A stretch of 64,000 nucleotides of DNA from Sedimentisphaerales bacterium. GTDB taxonomy: Bacteria > Planctomycetota > Phycisphaerae > Sedimentisphaerales > Anaerobacaceae. Positions 51,096 to 61,698 of this stretch are shown here, piece after piece. The notes under the pieces were generated by a model. It did not search any database. It was not told the origin of the DNA and saw only the letters and a program-made list of their open reading frames with translations. Each line of letters starts with the position of its first letter. The first letter of the stretch is position 1. Made by a program: the position numbers and the translations under genes. The stretch is taken from positions 575,891 through 639,890 of the forward strand of contig JAXGYC010000008.1 in the NCBI GenBank assembly GCA_040772485.1, in the 5' to 3' direction.

Positions 51096-54000
51096 ATGCA
51101 GGTGAACGACAGCGTGCACTCGAACAGGCGGACCGGCAAGGGGAACCTCTTCGTAGGTATTGACATCGGCAGCAGTGCCTTGCACTACATTGTGCTGGAC
51201 GGGGATAGATCGGTCTTGTATTCGCCCGCGCCGATCATGCACTTTGCCAATCCGCTCGGTGCCCTGGCCGAGGCCTGGGGCGACCTGCTCGCCCGGTTTG
51301 ACCACAAGACCATTCGCAGCACGGCGCTGACGGGAAGCGCCGCCCAGAGCTTTCCGAGCGTGATGAGCGGGGCGCTCTATGTCTACGACAGCGTTGCGAT
51401 CCCGAAGGGGGCCGAGGTGCTCGCGCCGCAGGCGCGTCACGTCTTCCACATCGGGGCCAAAGACGCCTACTTCTTCACGCTCGGCGCCACCGGCGGCCGG
51501 CAGGTCATCCGCGAGTGGCGCACGGGAACCAAGTGCGGCGGCGGCTCCGGGATGCTCATCGAGAAGCAATGCCGGCGTTTGTTCCAGGGCGATGTGCCAA
51601 GCCCGGAGCTGGAGGACGGTGGGCCCGCCGAGGATGAGCCGCACCGAGCGGCGACTGCCGCACGCAACCGGCGGAAGCTCCAGCAGCGCGTGGAGGAGAT
51701 GTTCCAGCGGGCCGAGCACGAAGCCGCCAGGTCCAGCGAACCGAGCGAGTTTCTCGCTCGCTGCGGCGTGGTGGTCCAATCCGACCTGATCCACAAACAG
51801 AACGAGGGGGCCACCCGCGTCGACAACCTCGCGGGCCTGTTCCGCACCGTGGCCCGCAACTACGTCATCGACGTGCTCGGTTCCAGCGAGTTCGGCGGCG
51901 CCAGCGGGCAGGGCCAGGCCATCTCGACCGGCGGGGTCTTCTCCAACGACCTGATCCGCGCGAATCTGGCCGAGCTGCTGGGGATACCGATCGTCCGGCC
52001 GGAGCACCACCACAATATCGCCGCCGCCGGCGCAGCGCTGAAGGCTCTCGAAGAAAGCAATGCCTTCGTCCTGGACCTCGATCACCTGGCGAAGGTCGCC
52101 GAGCATAGTCGCCAGAAGAGAGCGTTCGCGCCTCCGCTCAGCGCCAGTCTGGCCCGCGTGCGCGAGCGAAGCGAAACCCTCGCGGCCGAGATCGCGCCCG
52201 GCACGGAGGTCGTGCTCGGCATCGACGGCGGCAGCACCACGACCAAAGGCGCGATCGTCGAACTCCAGACCGGCAAGCTCCTCGACAAGCTGTACATCAA
52301 GACGCACGGCAACCCCGAGGAGTCGCTCAAGCGCGTGCTGCGCTACCTGTCGCGGCACAAGGACAATGTCATCATCAAGGGCGTCGGCGCCACGGGATCG
52401 GCTCGCAAGCTCTACGAGAAGATCCTGCTGAGCAAGAAGAAGGCGCAGCAGCTCGCCGAGCGGGGCGTGACGTTGGCCGATCGCATCACCGACGAGATCA
52501 CCTGTCACGCGCTGGGCGTCAAGCACTGCAACCCCGAGATCGACACGATCTTCGAGGTGGGCGGCCAGGACATGAAGTTCACGTGCTTCTCGCCCGATGG
52601 GACCGTCAAAGAAGCGAAGATGAACTACAGTTGCCAGGCCGGCTCGGGCCAGACGCTCGAGAACATGGCCGACGTGATCAACCTGGATGTCGAGAGCACG
52701 CTGCAGGAGGCCGCGTTGCAGGCCAGGCGCGTCCCCATCATCGACTCGACCTGCGGCGTGTTCATGGAAATGGACGAGAATCGCCTGATCGCCGAGGGCT
52801 TCGGGCGCGACGAGATCGCCGCCGCCATCCTGCGCGGCACCGCCGGCAGCTATTACTACAAGTTCGTCGGCGGCGCCCAGCACGTCGGCAGCAAGTGCTC
52901 CGCGCAGGGCGGGCCCGCGCTGGGCAAGGCGTTTCTGGCCGCCCTGGCCCAGGTCACCGACGGCGTTGTCGAAGCCTACCCGCACCGCGAGATGTTCGGC
53001 GCCTGGGGCCAGGCCCTCGATATCATCAGGCACATCCGCCAACTCGAACAGCAGGGCCAGACGCATGGGACGGCGTTCCGTGGCTGGGAAATCGTCGATA
53101 TGCCGTTCGCGAAACGCAAAGTCGCCTGCCGCGACCTCTTCGGCGAGCGCTCCTGCGGCATTCGCGACTGCCAGCTCGAAGTCTTCCACATCGAGGACGA
53201 CGAGATCATCACCGGCGGCTTCTGTCCGCTCGGCAATTCCGAAGCCGTCAAGAAGCCCAAGACCAACTACGTCGACCGCTACCATCGCATCTACGAGAAG
53301 CACTTCAAGAGGCAGGGTTGCATCCAGACGGAGCTGCGTTCCGCCGAGCCGACGGGACCGACCGTCGGCATCAAGCGCAGCATGGCGACCCTGGGCGAAA
53401 AAGGCATCTGGAGCGCAGCGCTGTTCCGCAAGCTGGGCTTCTACCCGGTGGTGTCGCCGCGCAGCAACAGCGAGATCGCCAAGATCGGCGTCGACAATTC
53501 GCGCACCGAGTTCTGCATCGCGCGCAAGCTGGCGACCGGCCACGCCGCCGTGCTCAACAACGACCCGGCCATCGAGTATCTGTTCAACCCCAGCTTCATC
53601 GAGCAGCGCAGGCCCGAGCGGCCCGACCTGAAGTACTGCATCTACACCGAGTCCGAAGGCTACGTCCTCAACGACGTGCTCAGCCTCGACAAGATGCGCC
53701 AGATCAACCCGATCCTGCACTTCGGCGACCTGCCCCTGCTGGTCACCGAGATTCGAAAGGAATTCGCCCGCGTCGGCTTCTCGTTCAGCGACCGCCAGAT
53801 CAAGAACGCCATCGCCTGCGCCGAGAGCGCCGAGAATCAGTTCAAGAGCGACCTCTACGCCGAAGGCGACCGCTTCCTGCAGCGCGTCGAGCGCGAGGGC
53901 GTCAAGGCCTACGTCGGCATCGGACGCGACTACGTCCTGCTCGACCCCGAGGCCAGCTCCAATTCCGGGGCGATGTTCTCGCAGGTGCGCGGGCTGGATT

Positions 54001-55781
54001 ACATCCCGCAGCAGTTCCTCGAACACAAGTTCCTGGACCTGTCGATCAAGGAGTTTGTCGAGAACGAATTCTGGGTGCAGAGCGTCAAGATTCTCAAGGC
54101 CAATCTGTTCGTCGCCAACCATCCGAACCTGTTCCCCATCCGCATGATCAATTTCGCCTGCGGGCCCGACAGTCTGAAGATCTACCAGGAGGAGAACATT
54201 CAGCAGGCCGCCGCCAAGCCGCTGCTCGTGCTGGTCACCGACGCCCAGACGAACAACGCGCCGTTCGTCACGCGGACCGAGGCCCACGAGCGCGTGGTCA
54301 ACGAGAGCCATCCGGTGCCCGTGGACGCCACGAAGCTCAAGGGATATTCGGCGAACAGCTACACCAAGCGGACGTGGCTGATCCCGTACATGGGTGACGC
54401 CAGCTACATGGGCGCTGCCGGCCTGAACTACTTCGGGATCAGTAGCCAGGTGCTGCCGACCGACACGCCCCGCGGCTACGAAGTCGCGCGCAAGCACATT
54501 TCCACCGAGGTCTGCTATCCGCTCAAGGGTGTCGTCGGTGACGCGATCGGCTTCCTCCAGGAGCAGATCGAGAAGACCAGCCGGCAGGAGGTCGAAGACA
54601 ACTATCTCGTCATGCTGCCGACGACGAGCGGCCCGTGCCGGTTCGGCAAATACACCGAACTGCTCCAGGAGTTCATGCGGCTCGAAGGCCTGGAGAAGAT
54701 CCCCGTCGTCGGCCCATCGTCCGAGACCGACTACATCGACATCCCGCTGCCCGAGGACCTGCGTCCGTCCGACCGGATGAAGATGCAGCAGATCCTGTTC
54801 AAGGGCATCAACGCCTCCGATCTGCTCGAAGACATCCTGCGCCGCTTCCGCCCATACGTCGCGGACAAGGCCGAGGCCGACGCCCTGAAGAAAGAGCGGC
54901 TCGAAGCGGTCAGCGCGATCGTGGCCGCCGGGGCCGACACCGACAAGATGGTGCGATGGGGACACGACACGGTCGCCCTGTTCCAGGCGCTGCCGCTGGC
55001 GCACCGCGAGCGGTTCCCGCTGATCCTCTACATCGGCGAGATCTACATGCGCCAGCACGACCCCTACACGGACCAGGTCGTTCGCCAGCTCGAAGACCGG
55101 CAGTTGGAGGTGGTCCGCGATCCGATCACCGACTGGCTGCTGTACGTCAACCGGATGAACGTGCGCAACAACAAGCGCGACGTGCGTCTGGGCCTGCGGT
55201 CGCTCGACGTGGGCCGCGCGTGGCGGTCGAGTGGCCAACTGGGCAAGTCGCTGCTGAAGTCGCGGTACATGAACCACGTCGCCGAGAAGCTGGCCGCGCC
55301 GTTCCACGAAGTGCTCGCCGGCAGGCACGTGCTGCCGCATCCGATGGAGATCATCGAGAAGCTCGAACGCGAGCACGAAGGCCACGGCAACATCGAGGGC
55401 GAGTCGCCCCTGAGCACGGGCATCGCGTACTACTTCATGCACGACCTGATCCAGCCGCACGGCGACGCTTACATCTCCGGCATCTTCCACGTCGGCCCGT
55501 TCACCTGCATGCAGGAGGGCGTCGCGACCGCCAAGATCGAGGCGATGATGAAGGAGTTCCGCAAGAAGAACCCCGATCTGGTGTTCCCGATCATCCACGC
55601 GTTTTTCGGCGATTCGCCCAACGCCAACCTCACCGCCGAGATCGCCGTCTTCCGGGAGCAGTGCTACCAGAAGCGCGACCTGCTGCGCGGCCGCCACGGC
55701 GGATCGCATCCGCACGAGGTCCGCAGCTACACGCCCAGCCGCACATCTGCCGATGCGAAGGCCTCACCTGCCCAGCGATAA
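51096..55781 (+). CDS. Fused 2-hydroxyacyl-CoA dehydratase activase (two BcrAD/BadFG ATPase domains plus DUF2229-like region)
   Basis: GIDIGSS, KCGGGSG and RCGV; GIDGGSTTTK, EVGGQDMK, SCQAGSG and TCGVF; FACGPD, CYP, GPCRFG and PFTCM. Confidence 0.85.
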   Translation: MQVNDSVHSNRRTGKGNLFVGIDIGSSALHYIVLDGDRSVLYSPAPIMHFANPLGALAEAWGDLLARFDHKTIRSTALTGSAAQSFPSVMSGALYVYDSVAIPKGAEVLAPQARHVFHIGAKDAYFFTLGATGGRQVIREWRTGTKCGGGSGMLIEKQCRRLFQGDVPSPELEDGGPAEDEPHRAATAARNRRKLQQRVEEMFQRAEHEAARSSEPSEFLARCGVVVQSDLIHKQNEGATRVDNLAGLFRTVARNYVIDVLGSSEFGGASGQGQAISTGGVFSNDLIRANLAELLGIPIVRPEHHHNIAAAGAALKALEESNAFVLDLDHLAKVAEHSRQKRAFAPPLSASLARVRERSETLAAEIAPGTEVVLGIDGGSTTTKGAIVELQTGKLLDKLYIKTHGNPEESLKRVLRYLSRHKDNVIIKGVGATGSARKLYEKILLSKKKAQQLAERGVTLADRITDEITCHALGVKHCNPEIDTIFEVGGQDMKFTCFSPDGTVKEAKMNYSCQAGSGQTLENMADVINLDVESTLQEAALQARRVPIIDSTCGVFMEMDENRLIAEGFGRDEIAAAILRGTAGSYYYKFVGGAQHVGSKCSAQGGPALGKAFLAALAQVTDGVVEAYPHREMFGAWGQALDIIRHIRQLEQQGQTHGTAFRGWEIVDMPFAKRKVACRDLFGERSCGIRDCQLEVFHIEDDEIITGGFCPLGNSEAVKKPKTNYVDRYHRIYEKHFKRQGCIQTELRSAEPTGPTVGIKRSMATLGEKGIWSAALFRKLGFYPVVSPRSNSEIAKIGVDNSRTEFCIARKLATGHAAVLNNDPAIEYLFNPSFIEQRRPERPDLKYCIYTESEGYVLNDVLSLDKMRQINPILHFGDLPLLVTEIRKEFARVGFSFSDRQIKNAIACAESAENQFKSDLYAEGDRFLQRVEREGVKAYVGIGRDYVLLDPEASSNSGAMFSQVRGLDYIPQQFLEHKFLDLSIKEFVENEFWVQSVKILKANLFVANHPNLFPIRMINFACGPDSLKIYQEENIQQAAAKPLLVLVTDAQTNNAPFVTRTEAHERVVNESHPVPVDATKLKGYSANSYTKRTWLIPYMGDASYMGAAGLNYFGISSQVLPTDTPRGYEVARKHISTEVCYPLKGVVGDAIGFLQEQIEKTSRQEVEDNYLVMLPTTSGPCRFGKYTELLQEFMRLEGLEKIPVVGPSSETDYIDIPLPEDLRPSDRMKMQQILFKGINASDLLEDILRRFRPYVADKAEADALKKERLEAVSAIVAAGADTDKMVRWGHDTVALFQALPLAHRERFPLILYIGEIYMRQHDPYTDQVVRQLEDRQLEVVRDPITDWLLYVNRMNVRNNKRDVRLGLRSLDVGRAWRSSGQLGKSLLKSRYMNHVAEKLAAPFHEVLAGRHVLPHPMEIIEKLEREHEGHGNIEGESPLSTGIAYYFMHDLIQPHGDAYISGIFHVGPFTCMQEGVATAKIEAMMKEFRKKNPDLVFPIIHAFFGDSPNANLTAEIAVFREQCYQKRDLLRGRHGGSHPHEVRSYTPSRTSADAKASPAQR

Positions 55782-55790
55782 GCCTCCCGG

Positions 55791-55844
55791 GTGGCAGCCT
55801 CAAGCGCAGCGCTCGCCTGAGCCTGCCGAACGGCTTGGGGATGG
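55791..55844. repeat. REP-like family 3 unit with internal CCTGAGCCTGCCGAACGG insert
   Basis: GTGGCAGCCTCAAGC...GCTTGGGGATGG, as at 28939. Confidence 0.65.
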
Positions 55845-55895
55845 CGCGCTCCGACCACATGCTTTCCCGGCAGGCACGCGGCAAATGCACTGCAC

Positions 55896-55964
55896 GTTCG
55901 TAGTGGCGTCGTCAGACGCTACCTGTGCACGTCTCCTGTAGCCCCCTCCGGCGCCCACTACAAG
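55896..55964. repeat. Divergent REP family 1 element upstream of paralog B
   Basis: GTTCGTAGTG...CACTACAAG ends with different internal hairpins. Confidence 0.6.
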
Positions 55965-55968
55965 TGGC

Positions 55969-55997
55969 TGGACAAATCCCGTCGGTTGTGCTATGAT
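55969..55997 (+). promoter_or_regulatory. Sigma70-type promoter of paralog B
   Basis: TGGACA-17 bp-TATGAT; same boxes as 15039-15067. Confidence 0.7.
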
Positions 55998-56041
55998 TTC
56001 TGACAGAGTTGAATGCCGAGATCGGATACGGAGGGAGCATC

Positions 56042-57787
56042 ATGGCGCGGAGGATCGTTCGGAGAGTCGCATTCGTCGCGGGAGTCTTGCTGCTGATTGT
56101 CGGCGCTGCCCCTGTAGCGGCCCAGCGCATCGTCTACGTGGATGACGACGCGGCGGCGAATGGCGATGGCCGGTCCTGGATCACCGCGTATCGGTTCCTC
56201 CAGGATGCCCTCGCCGATGCCGAAGCGGTGGGTGAGCCCGTCGAAATCCGCGTCGCGCAGGGACTCTATAAGCCAGACCGAGACCGTCGGAACCCTGATG
56301 GGGGGCGCGATCGGAATGTCTTCTTCCGTCTGAGCGGCGGAATGAGCCTCCTGGGAGGCTACGCCGGGATTGGTGCGGACGATCCCAATCGACGGGACAG
56401 CGAGACGTACCAGACCGTGCTCAGTGGGGATCTGCTGGGCAACGATGCAGAAGTGACCGACGCGGCGATGATGAAAGACGACCCCACGCGTACGGACAAT
56501 TCAAGTGTGATGTGCGTCTACGGCGATGGATCGCGATTAGACGGATGCGTCATAACGGGTGGGGGATGGAGCTTCGGAGCGTTGCAGATCCTGGGCAACA
56601 TGACGATCAGCAACTGCACCTTCTCCGCCAATTGCACCGACGACCGATACCCTTCCTTCCCAGGGGTGGTTCGGTTCGTGACATCGAGAGCGTCTGCGGT
56701 CATCGAGCGATGCAAATTCATCAGGAATGCTGGCGAGGAAGGAGGGGCTATAGGAGGTGGCAATGTCGTTCTGAACCACTGTGTGTTTGCCGAGAATTAT
56801 GCGTGGGGGAGCGGAGGTGCCGCTGACTTGTGGGGGAGCACTATCAACGACTGTGTCTTCACGGAGAACCGTGCCAGGCAGGGAGGGGCACTTCGCTTTG
56901 ATGGGGTTTCAACCGCCAATACGGTGGTTGGCTGTGTCTTCCGAGGGAATGTCGCTACGCCCTATGGAGGAGGCGCAATCTTGTGCGGAGGCAGCGCGCT
57001 TATTCACGGCAGTCTGTTTGTTGGGAACACCGCCGTCTTAGGTGGAGGAGTCTGCCACAACCAGGGTGGTGATGTACGGCTGGTCAATTCACTTCTGATC
57101 GGAAACCAAGCGGGCGAGCGTGGAGGGGCATGGCGCATACGGGAGGGCAGTTCTCTGGAGATCGTCAATTGCACTATCCTGGGAAACCGCGCACCGGAGG
57201 CTTCTTTCCTTGCCGTGGACATCAACAGCGATCCTGGCTCCAGCCATGTCAGCGTGGTGAATTGCGTTGTGTCCAATGGCGATCCTGAGATTTGGAGTAA
57301 CGATTCACCCGTAGAGATTGCATATAGCTGCATTGAGCAGGGGATCATTGCCTTGGGTGAGCAAGAGGACTGGCTCGTCTTGGGGCCGGGGAACATCGAC
57401 GGCGATCCGTGTTTTGTCGATCTGGGGCATTGGGACACCAATGGTACGCCCGAGGACTCGAACGACGATTTCTTCGTCGAAGGAGATTATCATCTCAGGA
57501 GCCAGGCCGGACGCTGGGACCCGACCAGCGAAAGTTGGGTGCAGGATGACGTCACCAGCCCCTGCATCGACGCAGGCGACCCGAACAGTCCCATCGGCTA
57601 CGAGCCCTTCCCAAATGGCGGGATCATCAACATGGGCGCCTATGGCGGTACTGCCGAGGCGAGCAAGTCCTATTTCGGCGAACCACCCTGCGAGACGATC
57701 ATCGCCGGCGACATCAACGGCGACTGCCGCGTAGATATCGCCGATGTCATCATTCTGCTGGACCATTGGCTTGAAAGCGGCTTGTAG
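56042..57787 (+). CDS. Secreted beta-helix/dockerin protein, paralog B
   Basis: Near-identical termini to 15112-16860 with a diverged central FxxN/GGA repeat region. Confidence 0.85.
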   Translation: MARRIVRRVAFVAGVLLLIVGAAPVAAQRIVYVDDDAAANGDGRSWITAYRFLQDALADAEAVGEPVEIRVAQGLYKPDRDRRNPDGGRDRNVFFRLSGGMSLLGGYAGIGADDPNRRDSETYQTVLSGDLLGNDAEVTDAAMMKDDPTRTDNSSVMCVYGDGSRLDGCVITGGGWSFGALQILGNMTISNCTFSANCTDDRYPSFPGVVRFVTSRASAVIERCKFIRNAGEEGGAIGGGNVVLNHCVFAENYAWGSGGAADLWGSTINDCVFTENRARQGGALRFDGVSTANTVVGCVFRGNVATPYGGGAILCGGSALIHGSLFVGNTAVLGGGVCHNQGGDVRLVNSLLIGNQAGERGGAWRIREGSSLEIVNCTILGNRAPEASFLAVDINSDPGSSHVSVVNCVVSNGDPEIWSNDSPVEIAYSCIEQGIIALGEQEDWLVLGPGNIDGDPCFVDLGHWDTNGTPEDSNDDFFVEGDYHLRSQAGRWDPTSESWVQDDVTSPCIDAGDPNSPIGYEPFPNGGIINMGAYGGTAEASKSYFGEPPCETIIAGDINGDCRVDIADVIILLDHWLESGL

Positions 57788-57877
57788 TGATCCCGATGTG
57801 CATCGGGATAAGGGGTTACCATGTATGCTCTTACGAGCACACTACAAACAGGATGCTCTTACGAGCACGCTACGAGC
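57780..57877. repeat. REP family 1 composite element
   Basis: GCTTGTAGTG-ATCCCGATGTGCATCGGGAT-...-CACTACAAAC followed by a second TGCTCTTACGAGCACGCTACGAGC unit. Confidence 0.85.
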
Positions 57878-57914
57878 GACACCCCGAGTAGTTTCGCCGC
57901 AGGGCGTGGGCAGC

Positions 57915-59210
57915 CTATCGAGCGGGTGTGACGTCGGTGATTCGCAGGACGATGGGGTTGGGCCACTTCGAGTCGTTGTAGATTCGCTGGGCGCGCACCA
58001 CGGAGACGTGCAGGCCGTCGGCCTCCTGGCTCCAGCGGGCCTCGGGGCGGGCGTTGACGTTGTACTCCAGCACGCGGCCGGTCTGGCCCAGCACGCTGAC
58101 GGTCGTTTCGGCTGTTGCCCTGACGCTGCGGAGCGTGAATTCCTTGCGGTCGCCGCGTTTCCAGTCGGGCAGTTTGGTCAGGGAGGCGTAGACGGTGTCG
58201 TCGTCCTTGGCCTTCGTGAACCAGATGTTGCCTTCGCGGATCACGTGCCACGGGCGAACGCCGTGGATCGCCTCGCCGTTGATGAACATCCACAGCGCCA
58301 GCTCGCGGATGCGTCGCTCCTGCTCGAAGGGGATCACGCCGTCGGGCTGCGGCCCGACGTTCAGCAGGAAGTTGCCGCCTTTGGCGCGGATCTCGATGAG
58401 CATCTCGATCAGTTGCGTGCCGGACTTGTAGTCCTCGTTGGTCGGCTTGAACTGCCACTGCGTGCCGAGGGTGTAGCAGGCCTCCCACGGGCCGGGCATC
58501 GGCTCGTCCGGCGTGTTCTGCTCGGGCGTCTCCATCTCGCCCCGCGTGATGACCAGGTCGTCCTGAAGCTCCCACGCCAGCTCCTTCAGCTCGTTGGGCT
58601 CGCCGTCGATGAACAGCATGTCGATCGGGCCGTACTGCGTCAGCAGCTCGCGAAGCTGCGCCTTGTTGTGCGCCATCAGCTCCGGATTGTTCTGCGGCAG
58701 CGCCTCGGGCCGCCGCCGGCTCACGTCCTTGCCCTGCATGTGCAGCATCCAGAAGTCGTCGGGCGAAAAATACACGCCGACGCCGATGCCGTACTTGCGC
58801 AGGCTCTCGAAGAGGTTGCGGGTAATGTCCTGGCCATAGGGCGTATTGGCGATGTTGAAGGGCGTCGTCTGCGTGTGGAACATGCAGAAGCCACTGTGGT
58901 GCTTGGTCGTGAAGACCACATACTTCATGCCCGCCAGCTTGGCGAGCCGCGCCCATTCGTCGGGATTGAAGCGCTCGGGGTAGAATGTCTCCGGCAGGTC
59001 GTTGATGAAGCGGTCGAGATAGTCGTCCGAGGCGCCCACCATCGAGTGGCTGATCACCGAGCCGAGCTGCGAGTCCACGCTCCAGTGCACGAACATCCCC
59101 AGCCCCTGGTCCATGAACCACTCCACGCGCTGCGGCCTGTTTGCCGCACCGGTGGCGGCAGCCATCGAAAGCGACAGCACTACCACGACAACCAATCGAA
59201 AAGTCATCAT
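57915..59210 (-). CDS. GH29 alpha-L-fucosidase
   Basis: WF....GMFVHW, FNPDEWA..AK.AGMKYVVFTTKHHSGF, LFIDG, PWEAC and GGNFLLNVGP. Confidence 0.92.
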   Translation of the reverse strand: MMTFRLVVVVVLSLSMAAATGAANRPQRVEWFMDQGLGMFVHWSVDSQLGSVISHSMVGASDDYLDRFINDLPETFYPERFNPDEWARLAKLAGMKYVVFTTKHHSGFCMFHTQTTPFNIANTPYGQDITRNLFESLRKYGIGVGVYFSPDDFWMLHMQGKDVSRRRPEALPQNNPELMAHNKAQLRELLTQYGPIDMLFIDGEPNELKELAWELQDDLVITRGEMETPEQNTPDEPMPGPWEACYTLGTQWQFKPTNEDYKSGTQLIEMLIEIRAKGGNFLLNVGPQPDGVIPFEQERRIRELALWMFINGEAIHGVRPWHVIREGNIWFTKAKDDDTVYASLTKLPDWKRGDRKEFTLRSVRATAETTVSVLGQTGRVLEYNVNARPEARWSQEADGLHVSVVRAQRIYNDSKWPNPIVLRITDVTPAR

Positions 59211-59225
59211 AGCGATTCCCCCGGC

Positions 59226-59251
59226 GGGGCCGAGGCATGCCTCGCCCCTAC
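59226..59251 (-). repeat. REP family 2 variant GTAGGGGCGAGGCATGCCTCGGCCCC
   Basis: GTAG head plus palindrome; its TAG is the thioesterase stop; same start at 63986. Confidence 0.75.
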
Positions 59252-59727
59252 AACTGTTGTTTCAGTCGTTCCTTGCGCTGCTGCACGCGCACTCTTGCAC
59301 TCTGGTAGCGTCGTTTTTCTTCGTCTGTCTCGGGCACGAGGGGAGGGGCGGCAGTCGGCTGCTTGTCCTTGTCGAGCGCCACGAGCGTCAGGTGCGCGGT
59401 TGTGGCGATCTGGCGGTCGCCGGTCGTCGGGTCCTCGCGCGTGACGCGGACGCCGACCTCCATCGAGGACCGGCTGACGTAATTGACCGCCGCTTCGAGC
59501 ACGACGTGGTCGCCGATCCGGATCGGGGCCTTGAACGACAGCGAGTCGATGCCAGCCGTAACGACCTCCGTGCCGCAGTGCCGCTCGGCCGCCATTGCCG
59601 CGACCATGTCGATCCAGCCCATGATCGCGCCGCCAAACGCGGTCCCCTGCGGATTGGCCTGCTGCGGCATCACCAGATATCGCGTCACCACGGCGCTGTC
59701 ACTCGGCGTCTTACCGGTCTGGCTCAT
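59248..59727 (-). CDS. Acyl-CoA thioesterase (hotdog fold, YciA-like)
   Basis: MPQQANPQGTAFGG..M.WID, VVTA and SSMEVGV. Confidence 0.92.
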   Translation of the reverse strand: MSQTGKTPSDSAVVTRYLVMPQQANPQGTAFGGAIMGWIDMVAAMAAERHCGTEVVTAGIDSLSFKAPIRIGDHVVLEAAVNYVSRSSMEVGVRVTREDPTTGDRQIATTAHLTLVALDKDKQPTAAPPLVPETDEEKRRYQSARVRVQQRKERLKQQL

Positions 59728-59745
59728 AGGGATGTCCCTTCGTCG

Positions 59746-60918
59746 CTATTGAACAGCCTCGCGGAGGATGTCGAGGTACAGGGTGCCGTAATCGACGTAC
59801 TGCTGGCCGCCGGTCAGCGCTGTGCCGCTGTCGGAATCGTCCCTGCCGGTCGGTGGCTGGGTCCCCGCGGTGGCCTCGATCTGGCTGTCCTCGTACCACT
59901 CGTTGAAACTCGTGACCATCATGATCCGTCCGCACTTCGGGTCGAGGTTCGGCAGCGCGACGTCCCCGATCATCGCGCGGAAGATGTCGCCCTCATTCGA
60001 GTCCTCGACGTCGCTGAAGTATCGCGCCCGGCCCGGATGGCCCCGGCGCACGGCGGTATCGTTGTAGCCCGGTGCGATGGTCGGCATGAAGGCGACCCCC
60101 ACGCTGTTGGCGGCGGCCCTGGCGGCCGCGTAGTTCTTCGCGAGCAGTTCGATCGCCGCGTGTGTGCCGCCGCGCGGGCCGACGGACTGCCCGTAGACGT
60201 CGTACGCGGTGACCGCGTCGAAATTCCTCGCCCATTCGGCCCTGTACCCCGCTCCGAAGACGTCGTCGCCGACGAGGTACAGGTTCGCGAATCTCTCGCG
60301 CATCTGCCGGAGCGCCTCGTGGCCCTTGTTGCGGAAGTACTCGCGGGTCAGGTAAACGAACAGCACCGGCCGGCCGTCGATGCACAGGTAGTGCGGATGG
60401 TCGAAGTAGGTTCTCTGGAGATACGTCAGGTCGTCGATCCACCGGCTGTAGTCGGGGTTGGCGAAGGTGCCGAGGCGGCCCGTCGATTCGTAGAGGATCG
60501 CGTATTTCAGCTTGCCGGCGTCGGGGTGCTTGAGGATGACGTCGCGCAGCGTGGTGTCGGTGTAATCGCCCGGCCGCCACCAGCTCGACGCCCAGAACGC
60601 GATGCCGCCGCGAACGCTCTGCGCGATGTGGTCGCCCACGACGTTCGGGTCGCTCGAATCATACCGGCCGAGCTTCGGCGCCTGGGCCGGCACGAGCCGC
60701 TGCCGCAGGACCTGCCGCCAGTTGCTCGCCCGGTTCGTGCCCTGGGCGCGGTACCATGGATAGTAATACACGCCCACCATCGGCCTGGCCTGGGGCGCGG
60801 AGGCCTCCTGCGCCCAGCCCGCCGCCGGCATCCACGCCAGCGCGGCGAGAATCGAAATGACGATCCGCCGGCTCATCGCCGGGAACTTCGAGCGGGCCTG
60901 CACCCTTGCCTCCATCAT
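59746..60918 (-). CDS. GH99-like secreted glycoside hydrolase
   Basis: VGVYYYPWY, LGRYDS, SWW, GRPVLF, PGYND and TSFNEWYEDSQIE; start at 60918 or 60876. Confidence 0.8.
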   Translation of the reverse strand: MMEARVQARSKFPAMSRRIVISILAALAWMPAAGWAQEASAPQARPMVGVYYYPWYRAQGTNRASNWRQVLRQRLVPAQAPKLGRYDSSDPNVVGDHIAQSVRGGIAFWASSWWRPGDYTDTTLRDVILKHPDAGKLKYAILYESTGRLGTFANPDYSRWIDDLTYLQRTYFDHPHYLCIDGRPVLFVYLTREYFRNKGHEALRQMRERFANLYLVGDDVFGAGYRAEWARNFDAVTAYDVYGQSVGPRGGTHAAIELLAKNYAAARAAANSVGVAFMPTIAPGYNDTAVRRGHPGRARYFSDVEDSNEGDIFRAMIGDVALPNLDPKCGRIMMVTSFNEWYEDSQIEATAGTQPPTGRDDSDSGTALTGGQQYVDYGTLYLDILREAVQ

Positions 60919-61107
60919 CCGATCTCCAACGATTCCCTGTCTGTGATTTCTCATGCCGACATACTGTCGTGTGCCGCCGCCCAAGTCAAGCTGCCACAGT
61001 CCAAAGGGAACGCAGATCGCCCGCCTGATGTGTGTCGCGCCGGCAATCTGTGAACGGTCCGCGTGCGCCGTGTTGCGCTGAGTACAGACCCGCGATGTAC
61101 ATCGGGA

Positions 61108-61698
61108 TCAGGGCCTCAGGCCGGCCTCCGAGCAGGCGCGCCGCCACAGATCGCAGAGGCCCAGGGCCTGCGACCATCTGAGCAGGTATTCTTTATCCAG
61201 CGAATCGCCCTGGACTTTGACGACACCGAGGACATCGAGCTATTGTCTCTCCGAGACCCTCTGGCCCATCTCATACCGATGCAGCTTGCTGAGAATGACG
61301 TCTTCCGGCGACGCCAGGCAAACCACCGAATCCGGGTCATCGTCCACCAGTCGATCCGTGAGCCTCCGGGCCAGCGCAGACTGGTGATAGGCGTCCTTCT
61401 TCGCAATGAACACGTCAATCTTCACCATTGTTTCCAGGTGGATCAGATTGAACGAAGAAGCGGGGCCGATGGCATTCCTAATCGTGACCTCGGCAACGTA
61501 GTATTGATCCTGCAACAACGCAACCAGCCCAGCGACCTGAGCGACGGCCAGATCGGCGATAATGTCCGCATCCATCGTCGCGCGGGGCATGCCGTAGGCC
61601 GAACTGGCGATCGACCCGCCGATGTAGTACGGGATCGGCAGTCGGTCGAACGCGTCAATCACCGGCTTGAGTGCGGCGAGCAGATCAGGCTTCTTCAC
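61108..61698 (-). pseudogene. Nucleotidyltransferase-fold protein interrupted by an in-frame TAG at 61240-61242
   Basis: YYIGGSIASSAYGMPRATMDAD, KIDVF, SPEDVILSKL and VSERQ*; the frame continues LDVLGVVKVQGDSLDKEYLLRWSQALGL to TGA at 61108. Confidence 0.75.

Noticed and set aside
50835..55715. 1626-aa minus-strand ORF and other long antisense ORFs (e.g. 234-1775, 9338-12103, 26541-28787, 46272-48938)
   Set aside because: Shadow frames exactly opposite well-supported genes, expected from high GC3 codon bias, with no recognisable motifs.
61116..61418. 100-aa ORF as a frameshifted continuation of the nucleotidyltransferase
   Set aside because: The true continuation is in the same frame after the TAG; this ORF is out of frame.
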